DNA from: Candidatus Eiseniibacteriota bacterium
GTDB lineage: Bacteria; Eisenbacteria; RBG-16-71-46
Direction: 5' to 3'
Length of the DNA: 64,000 bases
NCBI GenBank assembly: GCA_031370785.1
Contig: JANMQY010000063.1
Location: forward strand, 1 to 64,000
A model generated the notes under the pieces. It did not search any database, had not been told where the DNA came from, and worked only from the letters and a program-made list of their open reading frames with translations. Positions 61,428 through 64,000 of the stretch are shown in pieces. Each line of letters opens with the position of its first letter. The stretch's first letter is position 1. Both the position numbers and the translations under genes were made by a program.

Positions 61428-62747
61428 ATGAAGCCCACGCCCCTGATCGTCGAGCCGGGCCCCGCGCTGTTCGGCGCGTTCACGCCGCCCGGCGACAAGT
61501 CGATCACGCATCGCGCCTGGCTTTTGGCACTGCTCGCGGAAGGTGATACCCACGTGAGCGGCGCGAATCCCGGCGCCGACTGCGAAGGCACGCTCCACGC
61601 CGTGCAGGCGCTCGGCGTCTCGGTCACCGGCACGCCCGATGCACGCACCCTCACCGGACTCGGCGGTCGCGTGCGCGAGCCGGAGGCCGTGCTCGATTGC
61701 GGCAACTCGGGCACGATGCTGCGGCTGCTCGCCGGCGTGCTGGCCGCTCAGCCGTTCCTGAGCGTGCTGACTGGCGATGATTCACTGCGCCGCCGCCCGG
61801 TTGCACGCGTGATCGAGCCGCTACGCGCGATGGGCGCGACGCTGTTCGCACGGGACGGCGACCGGCTGCCGCCGCTGGTGATTCGCGGCGCGCGGCTCGC
61901 CGCAGTCCGGCACTCGCTGCCGGTCGCGAGCGCGCAGGTGGCCTCGAGCGTGCTGCTGGCCGGGCTCGGCGCGGACGGCGAGACCTCGGTCGAGATCCCG
62001 GGCCCGGCGCGCGATCACACCGAGCGCATGCTGCGCGCCGCGGGGGTCGCAGTCGTGGAGACCGCGCTCGCGGCCGGCGGGCGGCGCGTGTCGGTGCGCG
62101 GGCACGCGTTGCCCCGCGGGCTCCGCCTCAGCGTACCGGGCGACTTCTCGGCGGCTGCGTTCTTCCTTGCCGCCGCCGCCGCGACTCCGGGCTCGCGCAT
62201 CACCGCGAACGGGGTGGGGCTCAACCCCACCCGCACCGGATTGCTCGACGTGCTGGAACGCATGGGCGCGAAGGTGGAGCGGAGCGAGCTCAGGATTGAA
62301 GCGGGGGAGGAACTGGGAAACGTCACCGTCGAAGGACCCGCGCGGCTCGCGTCGTTCGACGTTCCGGTCGAGTGGATCCCGCGGCTCATCGATGAAGTCC
62401 CGGCGTGGACAGTGGTGGCTTCGGCCGCCGCCGGCGTCTCACGGCTCGCGGGCGCGGCCGAGTTGCGCGTCAAGGAGAGCGACCGGCTGTCCACGCTGGC
62501 GCGCAACCTCGCCGCGCTCGGCGTTCACGTCCGCGAGCTTCGGGACGGACTCGAGATCGAGGGCGGCAGGATCGCGGGAGGCGCGGCGCGCGCGGAAGGC
62601 GATCATCGGATCGCGATGGCGTTCGCGGTGCTCGGAACCCGGGCCGCCTCCGCGGTGCGAATTGACGACGCCGCCAGCATCGCGACATCCTATCCGGGCT
62701 TCGTCTCGACCCTGGTCGCGCTCGGCGGCCGGGCCGGCTCGGCTTGA
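61428..62747 (+). CDS. aroA: 3-phosphoshikimate 1-carboxyvinyltransferase
   Basis: PGDKSITHRA, DCGNSGT, ASAQV, RDHTERML, ELRVKESDR and DHRIAM. Confidence 0.95.
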   Translation: MKPTPLIVEPGPALFGAFTPPGDKSITHRAWLLALLAEGDTHVSGANPGADCEGTLHAVQALGVSVTGTPDARTLTGLGGRVREPEAVLDCGNSGTMLRLLAGVLAAQPFLSVLTGDDSLRRRPVARVIEPLRAMGATLFARDGDRLPPLVIRGARLAAVRHSLPVASAQVASSVLLAGLGADGETSVEIPGPARDHTERMLRAAGVAVVETALAAGGRRVSVRGHALPRGLRLSVPGDFSAAAFFLAAAAATPGSRITANGVGLNPTRTGLLDVLERMGAKVERSELRIEAGEELGNVTVEGPARLASFDVPVEWIPRLIDEVPAWTVVASAAAGVSRLAGAAELRVKESDRLSTLARNLAALGVHVRELRDGLEIEGGRIAGGAARAEGDHRIAMAFAVLGTRAASAVRIDDAASIATSYPGFVSTLVALGGRAGSA

Positions 62748-62763
62748 AGGAACCTCCGCACCC

Positions 62764-63456
62764 ATGAGCTTCGTAGTCACCATCGACGGACCGGCCGCAG
62801 CCGGCAAGAGCACGACCGCGCGCGCGGTCGCCTCGGCGCTCGGCTTTCTTTATTTGGACACCGGCGCATTCTATCGCGCGCTCGCCTACAAGGCGCTCGA
62901 GCAGGGGATCGCCCCGGATGACGACGAGGCCCTGGCCACCTGCCTCGAGAACACGAAGCTCGACCTTTCGGGCGCACCCGATGAGGCGCACGTGTGGCTG
63001 GACGGGGAGGACGTCTCGGATCGCATCCGCACGCCGGCCGTGAGCGAGATGGCATCACGTCTGGCCGCGCGTCCGGCGGTGCGCCGGCGACTGGTCGAGA
63101 TCCAGCGCGCGCTGCGCGAGCGGGGCCCGCTGGTCGGAGAGGGACGTGATCTCGGAACGGTGGTGTTTCCGGATGCGGAGGTGAAGATCTATCTCGACGC
63201 CGACGTCGAGACCCGGGCGAGGCGCCGCAGTCGCGAGCTTCACGACCGCGGAATCCCGATGGCGGTGGATGCCGTGAAGACCGAGCTCGAACGTCGCGAC
63301 GCGCGCGACCGGACGCGCGAGGACAGCCCGCTTCAGGCTGCTTCGGGCGCGCTGGTCGTCGACACTTCGGGCATGGATGTGGACGGTCAGGTGGCCGCCG
63401 TGCTGGACATGGTGAAGCGACACCCCGCCTATCCGACCGTCAGGGAGAGTGCATAG
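62764..63456 (+). CDS. cmk: Cytidylate kinase
   Basis: IDGPAAAGKST, LDTGAFYR and EGRDLGTVVFP. Confidence 0.95.
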   Translation: MSFVVTIDGPAAAGKSTTARAVASALGFLYLDTGAFYRALAYKALEQGIAPDDDEALATCLENTKLDLSGAPDEAHVWLDGEDVSDRIRTPAVSEMASRLAARPAVRRRLVEIQRALRERGPLVGEGRDLGTVVFPDAEVKIYLDADVETRARRRSRELHDRGIPMAVDAVKTELERRDARDRTREDSPLQAASGALVVDTSGMDVDGQVAAVLDMVKRHPAYPTVRESA

Positions 63457-63567
63457 CCGCTGCGGATTGCGCGGAGGATTTCGAGCGGATTCCGGGTCGC
63501 GCTTGGGCGCGGTCTGGCCAAGGCGGACCCGGCCCTAATTCCCGGGGAGATCCGGTTAGGAGTTTTG

Positions 63568-64000
63568 GTGGGCGCGTATTATAGTGCTATCCGGCTTTTT
63601 GCAAGTGCCACCTTCGGATTGATTTCGGGGTGGGAGGTGCGAGGGCGCGAGAACGTTCCGCGCAACGGCGGATTGATCGTGGCCTCGAATCACATCTCGT
63701 TCTGGGATCCGCCCATGGTCGGCTCGGCCCTTCCTCGGGAATCCCATTTCCTCGCGAAGGAAGAGCTGTTCGAGACTCCGGTCCTGGGAGCGTTGATCCG
63801 GGGACTCAATTCCATACCGATCCGGCGCGGAGTGGCCGACATGTCCGGCCTGTCGCGCGCGATCGAGACGTTGAAGAGCGGATCGGCGCTGCTGATGTTT
63901 CCGGAAGGAACCCGGATGCGCGACGGGGAGTTGCATCCGGCGCGGCCCGGGGTGGGCATGATCGCGGTACAGGCCAACGTGCCGATCCTGCCCTGCTATA
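63568..64000 (+). CDS. plsC: 1-acyl-sn-glycerol-3-phosphate acyltransferase (runs off the window end)
   Basis: Read manually from GTG 63568: NHISFWD, FLAKEELF and FPEGTR. AGGAG RBS. Confidence 0.88.
   Translation, partial: MGAYYSAIRLFASATFGLISGWEVRGRENVPRNGGLIVASNHISFWDPPMVGSALPRESHFLAKEELFETPVLGALIRGLNSIPIRRGVADMSGLSRAIETLKSGSALLMFPEGTRMRDGELHPARPGVGMIAVQANVPILPCY

Overview
This is a high-GC bacterial chromosomal segment of about 63 mostly co-oriented genes. I recognised no rRNA, tRNA, CRISPR array, phage or IS element. LPS genes, TonB/ExbBD, TolC, a C-terminal sorting-type domain and a Bacteroidota-like bS22 point to a diderm of FCB-like affinity, possibly Ca. Eisenbacteria (inference only). 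Gene order: (1) 5'-truncated msbA, two GT9 heptosyltransferases, proS and a GmhB fusion; (2) a DUF4388 / membrane-TPR pair; (3) asnS; (4) a GT-C-like membrane protein; (5) a PstS-like / TPR / 2xSTAS / ExbB / 2xExbD / 2xTonB operon; (6) a Yip1-TolC-MacAB-like exporter; (7) uvrA; (8) tdh, a TonB-C lipoprotein and kbl; (9) a large secreted Asp-box protein; (10) gcvT-H-PA-PB; (11) an uncharacterised module of a GlmL-like ASKHA ATPase, a lipoyl-like/KOW protein and four membrane proteins, followed by a lipoate ligase; (12) an oligopeptide ABC transporter; (13) a bacterial microcompartment (BMC) locus with an acylating aldehyde dehydrogenase but no signature enzyme; (14) HU/IHF, bS22-like protein, RNase R, PilZ, aroA, cmk, plsC. 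The best candidates for undescribed systems are the ASKHA ATPase plus paired-membrane-protein module (40.1-47.4 kb) and the orphan BMC (54.3-58.5 kb). Family names come from motif recognition by eye, with no database search, and several start codons were re-picked by hand.
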